A stretch of DNA of 64,000 nt from Vicugna vicugna (lineage: Eukaryota): positions 992,001 through 1,056,000 of the forward strand of contig MU057781.1 in NCBI GenBank assembly GCA_013265495.1. The letters are read 5' to 3'. The number at the start of each line of letters is the position of its first letter. Position 1 is the first letter of the stretch. Below, in pieces: positions 48,221 to 61,188 of the stretch. Under the pieces are notes generated by a model. It saw only the letters and a list, made by a program, of their open reading frames with translations, was not told the DNA's origin and did no database searches. A program made the translations under genes and the position numbers.

Positions 48221-50533
48221 GTGAACGATGCGGCAGCCCCCCCCCAACGTGACATGGTCTTCACTCCAGCGGTGGTGACCTCTGCCAGGGTTGGGGTGGG
48301 CACCCCCGGGGGCACCTCGGCCACTACCATCTCCTCTGCGGTCGCCTGGAGCCCTGGATGATTTCTGAAGGTGGCCGATGACCAGAGAGCTTGGGGACGT
48401 AGACGGAAAGGCGCAGAGTCAGACCTGCTACCCTGTACGCACTCCGCCTCCATCTGCAACAAGCGTCTACGTCCAGAAACTTCTGTGGGCCCTTGTGTAG
48501 TCGAGCATGAGGACCTATGCAGAGGCCCCGGGTTTCCCATCTGTGTGCCCCCCAGACGCGTGCCAGGAGGGCGGTGGGGGGAGGCGGGACAGTGTGTGTT
48601 TACACGTGCGGGTGACTGTGCCCCTGTGCATGTGGGTTTCAGGCAGAGTGTGTGGGTAAGCCACAGCGGGCAGTCACCTGGTGGGAAAGCCGCCTGTACC
48701 TTCTGGTGCCTGGGGGTGTTCTTGCCCACCCCCCACCCCAATGTGGCCCCAGTCGTGATCCCTGAGGCCTCACGGTCCAAGCCGGGGAATGAGGGTCCAG
48801 CAGTTTGGAAAGTGGATTCCGCCCTCTGGATGGAGGTGGGGGGCCGGTGTCCTCACCTGTTCCCCACGGTGCCACACGGTGCCCCCAGGGCACGTGTTCA
48901 CTCCTGGTGCCGGGGGACCCCAGCCTGTGAGCTCGAGTCCCAGCGGGAGAAATGGACCTCGTGTGTATAGTCAGCCAGGGACTGTCCTGGCAGGGCGTGT
49001 GGGGTGGGGTGGGTGCCGGCTGCAGAGGCTGGTGTCTGGTGAGCTGGGGGTGCCTGGAGGGAAGGAGCCAGCAGGGAGTTGGGAAGTTTTTGCTTCTGAG
49101 AGTGAAGAGTGAAAGAAGTCCTCCTGCGGTGACTGGTTTTGTGGCAGGAGGGGTCCTGGGTGGTGTGCACTTGAAGGTGTGGGGGCTTCACAGCCGTGCC
49201 TGGGGCGGGGCCTGGTGATGCAGCCCCAGAGGCACATCCTTCAGGTGTCCCGGCCTTTCTGGTTAGAGTCCAGGAGGGGCGGGGGCGGGGACAGCCGACT
49301 TGACCCCTGGTGCAGGGCCCCTCCTGGGGAAGCGGGGGCCGGCAGGGGCTGGTGCTGGCTGGGAGCAGCCTCCCGGACGTCCCTGCTGGGGTGCTAGCTC
49401 CTCGCTGCCCATTTCTGCGAAGGGCTGGCTGGGCGAGGCGGGGGATGCAGGACACAGTGGTTGGCCCCTGGTGGGTGGTGCCCGCTGCCCGGTCTCTGCA
49501 CTGCCCTCCCGCCTCCCTCCAGTGGGTGCGCCCACCCGCCACCCGCACGGCTTCTCTGGGGCTCGCGGCTGTGTCCCCGCTCCTGGAGGCTCGCCCTGAG
49601 CAGAGTCAGGGCTGCCCTGTGCAGTGGTTTCTGGTTTCCAAACGTGTACGAGGGCACCAGGGTCACTGCGACCTCTCCCGCTCTCTATCCTCAGGGCTCC
49701 GTGGCCCAGGGTCCAGCGGCTCCCTAGTCAGGCAGCCTGACCCACAGCATCCATCTTCACGGAGCGTCCTGCTGGGCTGTGGGCCGCACCCCTTCCTCCC
49801 ACCTCGCCCCACCCTGCCCCGCGTGAGCACCAGGGGGCAGGATGGTCATGGACCCAGGACAGGGCAGGTACCAGCCCAGTGGCGGACGTGCCCCCTCTGT
49901 CCTCTCGTGAACAACAAGACCAGGTGGGGGTGCTCAGTGACCCTTCTCCCAGGCTCTCCAAGTAAGGTTCTTTTTGGGGGAAGAGGATAAGAAAATGGAG
50001 CAGAAGTAAATGTGGGGTTCCTTTGACCCCCCCTCTGTCTGTAGGGCCCCACGAGGTACTCTTCGGGCGATGAGACTACAGGCCTGGAGCACCGCTGGGG
50101 GTGGGCCCTGCGGGAAGCGGCCTCCGCGGGGCCGCGTGCAGTCCCGTCCCCGTCAGCACGTGCTGTCACCTGCCAGGCCTGACAGCCTGTCACGTGGCCC
50201 CCACACTGTCCCCAGGGCACCCCGCACGCCCGTCCTGCGGAGCTGCCGCCCCGGCGTCCTTCCCCCCAGCCAGGCTCCCCACGTGCCCGGCTGGCTGCGT
50301 CCCTGGGCCTCTCTCCAGCCTGGGCAGTGGTGGGTAGAGGACGGTGGTGGCCTTGTCCCTCGGCCCCTTCCTGCCTGTGGCTGAGCCGGAGCAGCGAGCC
50401 AGCAGGCGCCCTGCGCGGAGACAGCGGCTGACCTCATCCGACTGGAAAGCACAGCAGGCGCCCCAACTGCGTGGGAGCCGTGGGGCCTCCTTCTCTGTCG
50501 GCCACTTACAAGTGTCACCTGTTTATTTTTCAG

Positions 50534-50586
50534 TGCAAGTGGTCAAGGAAAGGCTTCATCCGGACGAGGTGGTGCGTGGCGGACTG
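50534..50586 (+). CDS. INPP5A: INPP5A coding exon (probably exon 7), 53 nt: CKWSRKGFIRTRWCVAD(C)
   Basis: Acceptor ctgtttatttttcag, donor GTACGT at 50587. The peptide lies inside ORF 50471..51136. Confidence 0.96.
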
Positions 50587-52109
50587 GTACGTTCCCTGTG
50601 GTCCTTGCCTGTGCCCGGCTCCCGGGACGTTCCCCTTTCGGACTGGGCACAAGTGGTGTGTGGCTTGGACATCCGTCAGAGGCTGCTCCACCCTACTCTC
50701 CGCTCTTGACCCTCCTTGTTCTGGCGACTCCATGTGGCACAGAGCACTGTCACCTGGTCCCTGTAACTCCGGTGTTCTGGTGCTCACATCCACCTGCCCC
50801 TGCCCTCCTCCCTGGGAGCCCCCTCGAGAGCCAAGAGCTGGTGCAGGGCTCCCCAGACCCCTCCTTCTGGTCGTCCTACTGCGCTGCGTCCAGCTGCAGG
50901 AAGTGGGGTTCTGTGGGGCATGGAGCACAGGTGAGGCAGGACCCTTGCTGACATGGGGATCCCCGGCATGGCCTTCCTGGGGGGCACCCTCCATGGTGCA
51001 CGCCTGTCTTCTCCCGGGACAGGAACCCTTGAAAACTGCTCCCTGCTGTCCTGACCTGCGTGCAGCACCTGTGGCTGGGCTCTGCTGGTCCCAAGGCCGT
51101 GCTCTGCACAGCGAGGTCCTGGAGTGGCTGGAGTAGGGGTGTTGCCCCCTGCAGGCCCTGGGGAGATGGCCGTCCTGACGCTGGCTGACCGCAGCTGGGC
51201 CCTCAGCTGCCCCTGCTATGTATGTCCACACAGGCCCCTCACTGGGGCCTCGAGGGCTGGGGTGTTCCCTGGAACGGGGATCCTAGAGCATGAGAGAGCA
51301 GGAGGGAGCTCGAGCCAGCTGCAGCCTCCAGGACCCGACCGCCCGCTTGAGCCTGTGTGGTCAGTCCCGCAGGCCCAGGCGCGGCATGGGAGGGCACAGG
51401 GGGCTGCTGCCAGCTCTGCAGATGTGTCCCGCTGGGTCTCGGGCCCAGTGGTCCCAACTCTGCGGGTGGCATGGGGCGCCCCCAAGGCACCACTCACTGT
51501 GTGGCAGACATGCCCCAGCGATGCCCAGGGGCCCTGGGGTGTGGGGAGGCTGACTGGGCTGAATCCGGCCTCACCATCTCCCTGAGAAGCCAGGCCAGCA
51601 GTGCCCTGCTGTTTCCCCAAGGGTCTTCCAGGTTCTGTGAGCTAGGGGCTTCTTCTTGGGAGTGAAATGAATCACTCAGTGCCCCCATGTCACGGGGTCC
51701 GCCTACAGTGAGCGCTGCTGGACAGGGGTGGCTCCAGGCTGCACCAGCAGCCACCCAGGAGGGAGCCGAGGCCTGGGGAGGTGACTCCCCCATCCCCCCA
51801 CCCCCATGTTAGCCCACAGCTTGAAGGAAGTTTCTGGGGTCGTGTGTAAGTTCTTTGCTTTAGAGAAACAGTTCCCTTGCCATCCAGTGAGCTGCTGTGT
51901 TTGTAACACTGAGAGCCTGCGTGCAGGGTCTCGTGTGTCCTCCTCTGACCAGAGGAGGACAAGCCCTGGGCAGCCTGGTGCGGCTGAGGGGGACGGGCAT
52001 GCGGGGTGCCCTTGGGAGCCAGGGGGACAGCGTGGGGGCCGCCCTGGGTGACCCAGCGGCGCCAGCCCCTCTGAGCCCCTCGCCATGAGCCCTCCCTCTG
52101 TCCCTGCAG

Positions 52110-52229
52110 TGCCTTTGACTTGGTGAACATCCACCTTTTCCACGATGCGTCCAATCTGGTGGCCTGGGAGACGAGCCCCTCGGTGTACTCGGGCATCCGG
52201 CGCAAGGCCCTGGGCTACGTGCTGGACAG
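52110..52229 (+). CDS. INPP5A: INPP5A coding exon (probably exon 8), 120 nt: (C)AFDLVNIHLFHDASNLVAWETSPSVYSGIRRKALGYVLD(R)
   Basis: Acceptor ccctccctctgtccctgcag, donor GTAGGT at 52230. Contains the NxHL motif of inositol 5-phosphatases (EEP fold). Confidence 0.97.
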
Positions 52230-55200
52230 GTAGGTGCCCGCCCGCCTCCGGGAGGACTGACACTCGTTCTTCAAAGCCACTTCTCCTAGTTTGCCTTTTC
52301 CTGTTTACCAAAAGTACGAAACTTGCAAAGGTCAAGCCCACGGGGGATGCACAAACGCTGACCCCGCCCCAGGCTCATGAGGCCCCACCCAGACACGCTG
52401 AAGGCTGGGTGGCCTCTCCTGCTTTTCCGTTTCGGGGGAAGAGGGACCGAGGCAGACGAAGCTCAGCTGCAGCACCTCCTCTGGCCTCAGCTCAGAGACC
52501 GGAGCACCTGGGGTCTCCCCAGGCTCTGCCCCTCGGAGCAGCGGCTGTGTGGGGTCTGCTCCGCCAGGCTCCTGCTGCCAGCCCGGGTGAGCACTGCCTC
52601 CCTCCTCGCTCTGCCCGGCTTCCTGGATCTGGCCGGGGGCCTCTAGTCAGAGGGGAGTCAGCCTCAGTGGTCTCCAGGGTGGGGGAGCTGCTCCCGCCTC
52701 TGACCCAGGCTCCCAGCCCCCCTACCCCATCACAGCTGGTTTTCAGGACCCTCCCACGGGGCCCTCTGGGGCCCTCTGTCTGTCTGCAGTGGTCTCGTTT
52801 GACCCTCCCTGGGGTTAGCTCTGAGGGGCTGTCATCTGGAAATGAAAGGCAGCCCCACACACCCAATTAACAGGCTGTGTTTGGTCTTGTTTTGCAAACG
52901 GGCCCTTTGCTGGAGCCCGGCTGGCTCACCTCCCCGCCCCGTTCAATTGAGTCCTCAGCCCAGCGCCTTCCCGCCCCCTGGGCCCTGAGATGTGCCTGTC
53001 CCCTCCGTGCACGCACTCGGCCGGGACGTGCTCTGGACGGGGGTAAGGCGGGGAGCGTGTCCCCGTGCGGATGAGGCGGTGGCTGTCAGCCCACCTCCAG
53101 GGCCCTGAGGTCAGGCCCCTCAGTCCGTCCCAGCCCACCCCGAGGCCCACGCGGAGGACCCACGATGGGGCCGCGGGGTCTGCTAGCTTCTGCGGCTACT
53201 CCTGCACCGAGGGCTTGGCCTCACGCCGCCTTCCTGGCGTGCATGGAGCTGGGCTGGGGTGTGAGTGGCGTCCGAGGCGGTGGAGGGGCCGGGCAGACCC
53301 GAGCCTGAACCTGCTCTCGGCCCGACGCTGGGGGTTTGGCCCACATGCACCTGTAGGGCCCAGAGCTTTGTCCCCTCAAGCTGACCAGGACTGCCATTCG
53401 GGGCGGCTTATCCACTGGTCACTGTCTCTCGAGACCTCCCGGGGGCAGGTGCTAGCGTCACCCAGTCTGTGCTGAGGCCCCAGGTTGTCACAACTGCAGC
53501 TCTGCCCCCGCTGGCACAGCGCTGGGGGAGGGTGCACTGGCGCTGGTGGGGACAGCTGCCTCAGTTCAGGGGCAGGGAGGGGTGCGGTTCCAGCAGACTC
53601 GGCAGCAGCCCTCCCCGGAGGGGCCACCTCGCAGCGGCCAGACTGGCCTCCCCGGGGCCGCTTGGCTGGGGTGCTGGTCTCCCGGACCGGTCAGGCCATC
53701 AGAGGGGCGGGGGGTCCGGCACTTCCCTGCGGCCCTGCGTTCCCATGAGCCGCTCCGGTGGGGCGCGCAGCCAGCCGCGGATCCGGACCTCCGCCGCGCG
53801 GGGCGGCTGCCCGCACAAAGGGCCGCTCTGCAGCGCGGTGACTGACGGGCGCCCTTTCATCGCGGAAGCTAACCTTTTGGCAGCCACCAGCAGACTGCAT
53901 TCTGCACTGCCGACCGGGAGGACAATGCCACGCTGGCCCTTTGAATGGACTCTGCCACCAACAGTGCCCCATTCACGGCGCTGGGAACCTCTGGGAACAT
54001 TGTCTGCGGGCCGGCGTGGACGCGGGGAGACAGCGAGGAGGCTCCGAAGGCGGCCCGCCTTCCTGGCTTAATCCCCTGTAAAGCTTTGCAGGCCGCATTT
54101 CCCTCGGAGCCGGGTCAGGCCGGGAGGGGGCACGCCGGCCCCACGAGTGGGGGGCGGGGGGGTGTGGGGGCTCGGGTTAAAATGAGAGGCACCTGGTGCT
54201 GCATTCGCACCTTTCCTATAAATCTAAGGTTATTCCAAACTTCAAAGCTTACTTAAAAAAACCCGAGAGGGAAACTCTCATCTGGAATGTGTAACCTTTG
54301 AGCCGAGGCTCCAAGCAGCACCTGGTAGCTGCGCCGGCGTCGTGGGCGGACTCACGTTGGCGTCGGAAAACAGCGTTCCCAGTGTTAACAAGGGGCAGCC
54401 AGTGGGTTCACCTGGGCTTTTATTGCAAGTGATAATCTTGATGTTTCTTGTGCAACGAATATTTTACTGTAAGTCTCTCATTTTACAAGTTAAAAGGAGA
54501 CAAACCTCTTTATTAGTGAAGAGCGTTAAGCTCGGAGACTTGGGAGTGGGCAGCCACACCGGGTGTCCCGGCCTCTGCGTAGGGCCTGGGGTCCCGACCG
54601 CCTGGAGGAGTGGCTCGGACCCTCCACCGGGCTGTAGGGTGGGCTGTGGGGGCCGCCTGCCCCTCTGTGCCCCCCGTGGGGATGGCCCTCTCCCAGGCCG
54701 GCAGTCACGGTCTTGGGGAGCATTTGGGGCGGTGAACAGGGGCAGACACCTCCACTCACACAGTCCTTCCTGAAGTCTCCCAAGCTTTCTGCTGTGAAAC
54801 GAGGTTTTTTTCCACAAGTGACAGGGCTCTTGTGTCTCCCCTTTGAAATGCAGCCCGGCCAGGTTCGCAGGAACATTTTTACATCACAACTGTGAAATCT
54901 GGGCATAAAGCGCCCCTTTGTCCCCCCAGTATCTCCTCACAAATACAGTCCGTTGTCACAGCGCTGAAGTTAATTTGATCAACATTGGGACATTTAACTT
55001 TTATGTCCAGTCAAAAGACTTGTTTCACGCTCATTTTGGGCATTCAAAGAAAATGATTGCCAGAAAAATAATGCTGCCCGGAACAATTCCGAGCAATTAG
55101 TTTCCCAGGGTGAGGCGGTGTGATGCGGCCGCCACACAGGGCCCCTTTGTCGTCCCGCGGGCGGTCATCAGTCAGCTGTCAGCTGCTCAAAGACCCCGGT

Positions 55201-58200
55201 CTCAGGGTTTCTCTCCCGGCCGTTCCCAGAGCTCGCCTCGCTGAGCAGCCAGCAGAAGAAAAGCCACAGGTCTCCAGGCGGAGGCTGACTCCCTGCTCCG
55301 GGTGCAGGTCACCAGGACGCCCCGCCTGGCTGGCCGCCCTGACCTCGCCTCCCGCCCGACGGCCTGGGGAGCTGGCTGCCGCACCCTGTCCTGGTTCCAG
55401 CCTGCGCCCTCCAGCGCCTGGGTGTCCCGTGTCTGTGTGGGGCCCAGCACGGACACGAGAGTCCCGGGTCCGACGGGCAGCACGGGCCCACACTCCTCAG
55501 CTGAGGGCTCTGGGCTCCCCTGTGTTTCTAGCGTTGGGCAGGCCGGCCGGCCCCGGGAGGATGTGTGTGACGTCCGTGAGCTCACGGTTCCTCACAGCTC
55601 TGGTGGCCGTGGCTCTGTGACGTGTCCTTTACTGAAAGCTAACCCGAGCACCCAGGCCAGCGTGGAGGGCGGTGGTGGAAGTTCCTGCCCTCCACTCAGC
55701 AGCCACACATTTGTGCTTTTCCACACTCGTCCTTCTGTTCAGGAAGGACACGTGGGTGCTCCAGACGCCCCTGCTCTCTGTCCTGACCCTCTTGTGCCCC
55801 TTCCCAAGCCCGTGCCGACGTTCCCTGGACATGCGCTCACTCCCGCCCCGGTCCCGGGCTTGGCGCGTGCGCCGTGCTGTGTTTTGTCCCGAGTCTGCAT
55901 CGTGTCCCTTTGGGGCACGCGGGCTTCCGCCAGCACCTTAGGTAAAGTTCTGCAGGGTCGTGGGGATGGCGGCGCCAGCGCCTCCCTCTGCAGCTCTTGC
56001 TCCTGGCTGTCACGTCCGTGCTGCACTGTGTCCCCTCGGGGCAGCTCCCTCCCACCCCGCACCCAACAGCCATCTTGCTGGCCTTCCTCTGGGGCGGCTC
56101 AGGGTTTTGCTAAAGGTCAGGCTGTGAACACAGAGTAGTCTGCGTTTCCTGAGCACTGGGTCCGGTGTCTGCTGGCATCGAAGGTGTAAAGGCTCCCTGG
56201 CTTTCTAAGTGCCCCAGTCTTGCTTCCTCCACCACTTAAGTGGAGACCTGAGTGGTCCCAGGAGGCTAAAGGTCTGCTCCGCTCCTCTGGCTGTGGTGGC
56301 CTCTGAAGAAGATGCGCATTTAACATTGTGATGCTCTTGAGAGAACACATCAAAGCACCTGCTGAGGGAGGCAGGCGGAGAGCCTGTCCCTGTGGAGGCT
56401 GGCGAAGCGCCTTAGCGGTTGAGAAGTGCCTCCTGCCCCGGCCCCACCTACAGAGGCAGCGGCCTCGGTGTACAGAGTGGAAACGCAGGCCCGGCAGGTT
56501 CCCGCAAACCCGCAGCTGCAGCCACCGCTCCGTCTCCCACAGCTCTGGGGCTGGAGGTCCCGGACGGGGCCCGCGTGATCAGGTCTGGAAGGCCCGCTCC
56601 CCGGCTGGACGGCGGCCGGCTGCCCTGTTGCTGTGTTCTCACGGCACAGAAGGTGCTCTAGTGTCTTTCTTACGAGGACCAGGGCCCCCATGACCCCATA
56701 ACCTTCATCACCTCCTTAGGGCCTGTCTCCCGGAAGCCACATCAGAGGAGTGTGGGAGATGGTTCAGTGCCCTGTGGGCTATGAGTGCTGGCCACGAGCT
56801 GGCTGAGATGAGAGGGAGTTTCAGAAACAGGGAGCAGTCACCAGGGAAAGGCCCGGACTCGTCACTGACGTCTCCTTGGCCACACGGCTGGCCCAGCTCA
56901 CTCTCTGTTCTCACTGCCTCAGGCAGTGGCCTTAGCGTGCTGCGACTTCCCCAGGTCCGTCCCATGTGAGTGTCACCTGCACTGGGCTCAGCCTGCCTGC
57001 TGGAGGGGCGTGCGCATTCCTGGCCAGGACAGCATGCTGGGGAAGTCAGGACACCCTGGGCCGGAGGGCGCGTGGTGCCCTGACTGTGCGCTGCCGGTGG
57101 GCAAGTCACTTCACCTGACGCGGGAGGGACATGGCGGCTCGCCCGGCGCTGGCTCAGGTTCTGCTGACAGAAGCCTTTCTGCTTCTCCGGGACCCTCCCT
57201 ACTCTGCCCCATGCGCGTCTGGGACAACAAAGTATGACTGTCCACCTGGGGGCTGCCTGCCCGCCCAGGCCCGAGCCCAGGGCAGCACTGGGCGGGTAGG
57301 CGGGGAGCCAAGCGTGACGTCAGTCTGTTGAAGGCAGTTAGGTGTGCGCGATGAACCTTCCGTCAGCTGCTTCAGGCGAAGGGCAGCTTGAACTCTGGGG
57401 TCAGCTGCCAGTCTCAGTCGCCTTCTGTGGGCATGGTTTTGCTCTGAGGATGTGGCCTCGCCCGATCTCAGATGTCTGTCGGTACCACCACGTTCCACAG
57501 TTAAAGTCAACACAGGAAGGATCCTGGTGCCAGCCGACCGGGCACGCCAACCCCTCACTGGCCTGACTCCCAGTCCTGGGGTGAAGGTCTGATCCTGCCC
57601 ACGGCCAGCGGGCAGACGCCCTAGGTAGAAACATGTGCCCTCGAATGTTTGGTCGGCACCCCTCCCTCCCGCGGGGCGGCCCCTCTGCGCGGTGTCCATC
57701 ATGTGACAGAATCGCCCGTCAGGACGGAGGCTGTTCTCAAGGCCTGAAGCATTGATCTTTACGGCCTTTCTTGTGATTCTCGTTTTGAATCAGGCCCCCG
57801 GTATTGACGGGGACTACTTTTTAATCATAATAGCTCCTGACAAGGTAATTAATTTTAAAACAACTCTTCTTTCTTCCTGGCCCAAATGGTGCTATATTGA
57901 AATTAAAAGTGAGTGCGCGGGGTGGCGGGGAGCAGAGGCTCTGGGGCACCCCCCTCCCGCTGCTGTGTCTCCCGCTCTTCAGAGTGGGGCTTGTTGTTGA
58001 TGGGCCGAGGCCCTCACGTCGGGAGGAGCAGGCAGGGAGCTCAGGCCCTAACGACGGCATCACCAGACTCAGGACACGCTGCTGGAAGAGGCCGTGCGAC
58101 GCAGCCTGCTCTCCCTCCGGACCGCCAAAGCTGTTATAGTTGATTCAGCCCCAAACTAAATCTGAAATTTGTCGTTTTTTAAAAAGGAGGTTGCCTCAAG

Positions 58201-59973
58201 GTAGGGTCTGCCGTTTAATTAGCCAAACAGTTGCTTGCTTCCTTAATACACACTCCGGGTGTCGGCTGCTCGTGCTTCTTTTAAGTTCCTTCCCTGCCCA
58301 TCGCAGTGAGATGGTCGGTCCGCTGGGCGCCGCTCCGCGGGCAGCAGGGGACGGCGGCGCTGACATGCCTGCGGGCATCGCGGGAGCCACTCTTGGCTGT
58401 GGGGACCCTGGGCCCCCAGGCGGGATCCACCTCCGTCTTCTGTCACCTCCTCAAGGCCCCCGGGGACCCCAGGACCGGCGTGGCGGCCGCGACTGAGCGT
58501 GGTGCGCTCGTTAAAGCCCGACGTGATGGGGGTGAACGGACCCAGAGTTGGTCCAGAGCTGGCGGGCACGGGCAGGCCCCTGCTCTGCGAAGGGTCCTCA
58601 GCCTGGGGTCGTCCCCTCAGGCTCATGGGGCGGAGGGGCACTTGATCAGAAACGGACCTGACACTTGGGCGTGCAGGCACACACGTATGTTATGCCACAC
58701 GTGCTCACGTGACATGTGCGCTGACACCCACCACACACCTGCATCGTGACCCAGACCTCCGGCCTGGAGCAGCACGGGTCCAGGCTGCATAGGTCACTGC
58801 ATTTTCAGCGGGAGACGCCGTGGGATGGCACCGCTGCAGTTGATTGAATCTGCAGACGCAGAACCGCGGATTTGGGGCCAACTCTGCGCTATACGTGGAT
58901 TTGCTGCCGAGTGGAGGCCTGGCGCCCCTCACCCCGTCTCGTCCAAGGGCCAGCTGTACACACATGCCACACGTGTGTACGTGACGTGGGCGAGCCAGGG
59001 CTGACCCACCGGTGTCCCTGCCAGTGCCCCGTGTCCCATCTCTGGGCAGTATTTCCTCTGCAGGAAGACGTAACTTCAAAAGAAGTGAAACTTCTGGCCA
59101 TCGTCACTGTTAATGACAGTCTGTTACAATACGTCCTTTCCTCTTCAGATTCAAGTGTATGAGAGTTAATCCAATTTAAAAGGGTAATGAGACTCCCTGG
59201 AATTTAGCAAGATGATACGGCAATTAATATGCAAGAGAAATTGAAAAACAGTTGAGACAATTTTTAAAGGAATTTCAACAAGAAGGGCTTCCCTATAGAA
59301 AGTCCTGCTAGTGGGAAGTGTTTGGGAATAGATCAGACGTCTGCAGAGAAGAACAGAGTCGCAGAAAGACCGGTGTGACTCGGGGACTCTGCACGGGCTC
59401 GGGGACGAGGGTGGCATGAGAGGGAATGGCTCGGATCGATCGACGCTGGGAAAATCCATAAACTCAGATCCCTGCTTCACGCATAATTCCAGATAGATTA
59501 AAGGCTGATGGCGCGACTCGCCTTGGAGATGAGAGAACTTGTCGTGGATCGGCCTCAGAAGAAGCACCAGCAGCCGGGGGCGGGGCGGGGGGCCTGCGTG
59601 GAAGTCAAGGCTTGTGTGTGGCTCGGGTGCTGTGAACCCAGCGTCGCCACGCCCGTCTCAGAAGAGGTCAAAGCAGCAGAAGGCACAGAGCGGGAAGAGC
59701 CAGGCAGGTGCAAGCAGGAGGGAGCGCAGGCTCCGGGCGCAGGGGGCGGCCTGCTCGCCGTCCAGGGCTGCGTCCCCTCCAATGCGGCCACACGGGCAGG
59801 GCGCCCAGGCTACCACACCCACGGCGGGGACGCGACTGTCCCCTGGAGGGGGCACCGCCCACTGAGGACGTGGCACCCACCCTGCAGAGCTGGAAACACA
59901 GCCGCTGTGTCGCTCCCACTCAACCTTGTGGTTCTGTCATAAAAACCTAAATTTTGTCATATTGCCCTGTCAT

Positions 59974-60090
59974 GGGGGGAGGATATAGCTCAAGTGGTGG
60001 AGCACATGCTTAGCAGGCACAAGGTCCTGGGTTTGATCCCCAGTGCCTCCTGTAAAAATAAATAAATAGACGTAGTCACCTTCCTCTCAC
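59974..60090 (+). mobile_element. tRNA-derived SINE, Vic-1-like (camelid), 117 bp, with 16-bp target-site duplication
   Basis: Starts GGGGGGAGGATATAGCTCAAGTGG (A box), has GGTTTGATCCC (degenerate B box) and AAAAATAAATAAATA. Flanked by identical CATATTGCCCTGTCAT at 59958-59973 and 60091-60106. Family name from memory. Confidence 0.88.
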
Positions 60091-61103
60091 CATATTGCCC
60101 TGTCATTCCAGTGTCGCAGCCCTGCCCGCCCACACCCCGGCACGCCCGCTCCCGCCTGCACTGCGGCTCGTGGGTTTCTAGGTCACCAGCCAGAGGGATT
60201 GGGGTGCACGTGGGCCACGGTGCTCCCTGGCTTTGCCACCCGATAACATTTAGTTCCTCAAAGTCCATCCCCGCGCACGGTCTGGTCTGTCCGCTGCCCT
60301 AGCCCCCAGCCCCGTGCCTTCTGCAGCCGCAGCTGCGTGGGAGGTTGGGGACTGCGTTCGCCGGACCTTCCTTGCTCACGGACCACGGCTCTCACACAGC
60401 TGTCTTGTCAGCAGTGGTTCTCATTTTGCTCTGGAGTTGGCGGTGATGGGCGCGCTCTTCCCTCCCCCCGGCCCAGCCTGGGCTCCCGCTGCTGCGTGGG
60501 TGGGCAAAGGGTCGGGGTGAGCGGTGCTCCCAGCCTGGTCACCGTCACCGGGAGGAGAGGCCTGTGAGGGGGCTGCCGACATAACCGCTGACTGACATTT
60601 GCTGGGTTTGCCTTCTTCAGTTGAAAAATCTTTGTGAAATGAATTGTGATTGATTTAAAACATGGGCAGAATTTTTGAGCAAGGCAGTACCTGGTATAAA
60701 AAAATGGAATTGCTCTTACTTTGTAACTTTGAAATTATCCCCGAGTGACACTTGGAGAGCGAGTTCAGTGTCCCCCACTGACCAGGAGGAGCCATCCAAG
60801 GGCCGGGGAGAGCGGCTTGGGTGTCGTGCTTGCCCTGCACGTGCCACCCCCCCATCTCCCCCCAGCTCCCCGCCACTTCTCTGAGTCCTTTCCCGCCCCT
60901 TTCCTTCCCGGTGTGGCTGTGGTTCCCACCCAGCGAGGGGCCGCGCTGGCGCACACACCTCCATGCAGATGGGTCCACGGTAGATTCCGGACAAGTCTGT
61001 CTTCCGCGGCAGGAAGCGCGTGTGTGGGAGTGCGTGGGACAGATGCGGGCTGGCGGGTGGGTGGGCTCAGCACACCTGGTAACTCCTCCCCCCTCTCCTC
61101 CAG

Positions 61104-61188
61104 GATCAGCGACCAGAGGTTCGAGAAGGCGTCCTACTTCGTGTTTGGTGATTTCAACTTCCGACTGGATTCCAAGTCCGTGGTGGAG
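61104..61188 (+). CDS. INPP5A: INPP5A coding exon (probably exon 9), 85 nt: (R)ISDQRFEKASYFVFGDFNFRLDSKSVVE
   Basis: Acceptor ctcccccctctcctccag, donor GTAGGC at 61189. Contains the catalytic GDFNFR motif (family consensus GD-x-N-x-R). Confidence 0.97.

Noticed and set aside
59974-60050. tRNA-like sequence with A and B boxes
   Set aside because: Degenerate B box, SINE-type 3' body and a flanking TSD show it is a SINE, not a tRNA gene.
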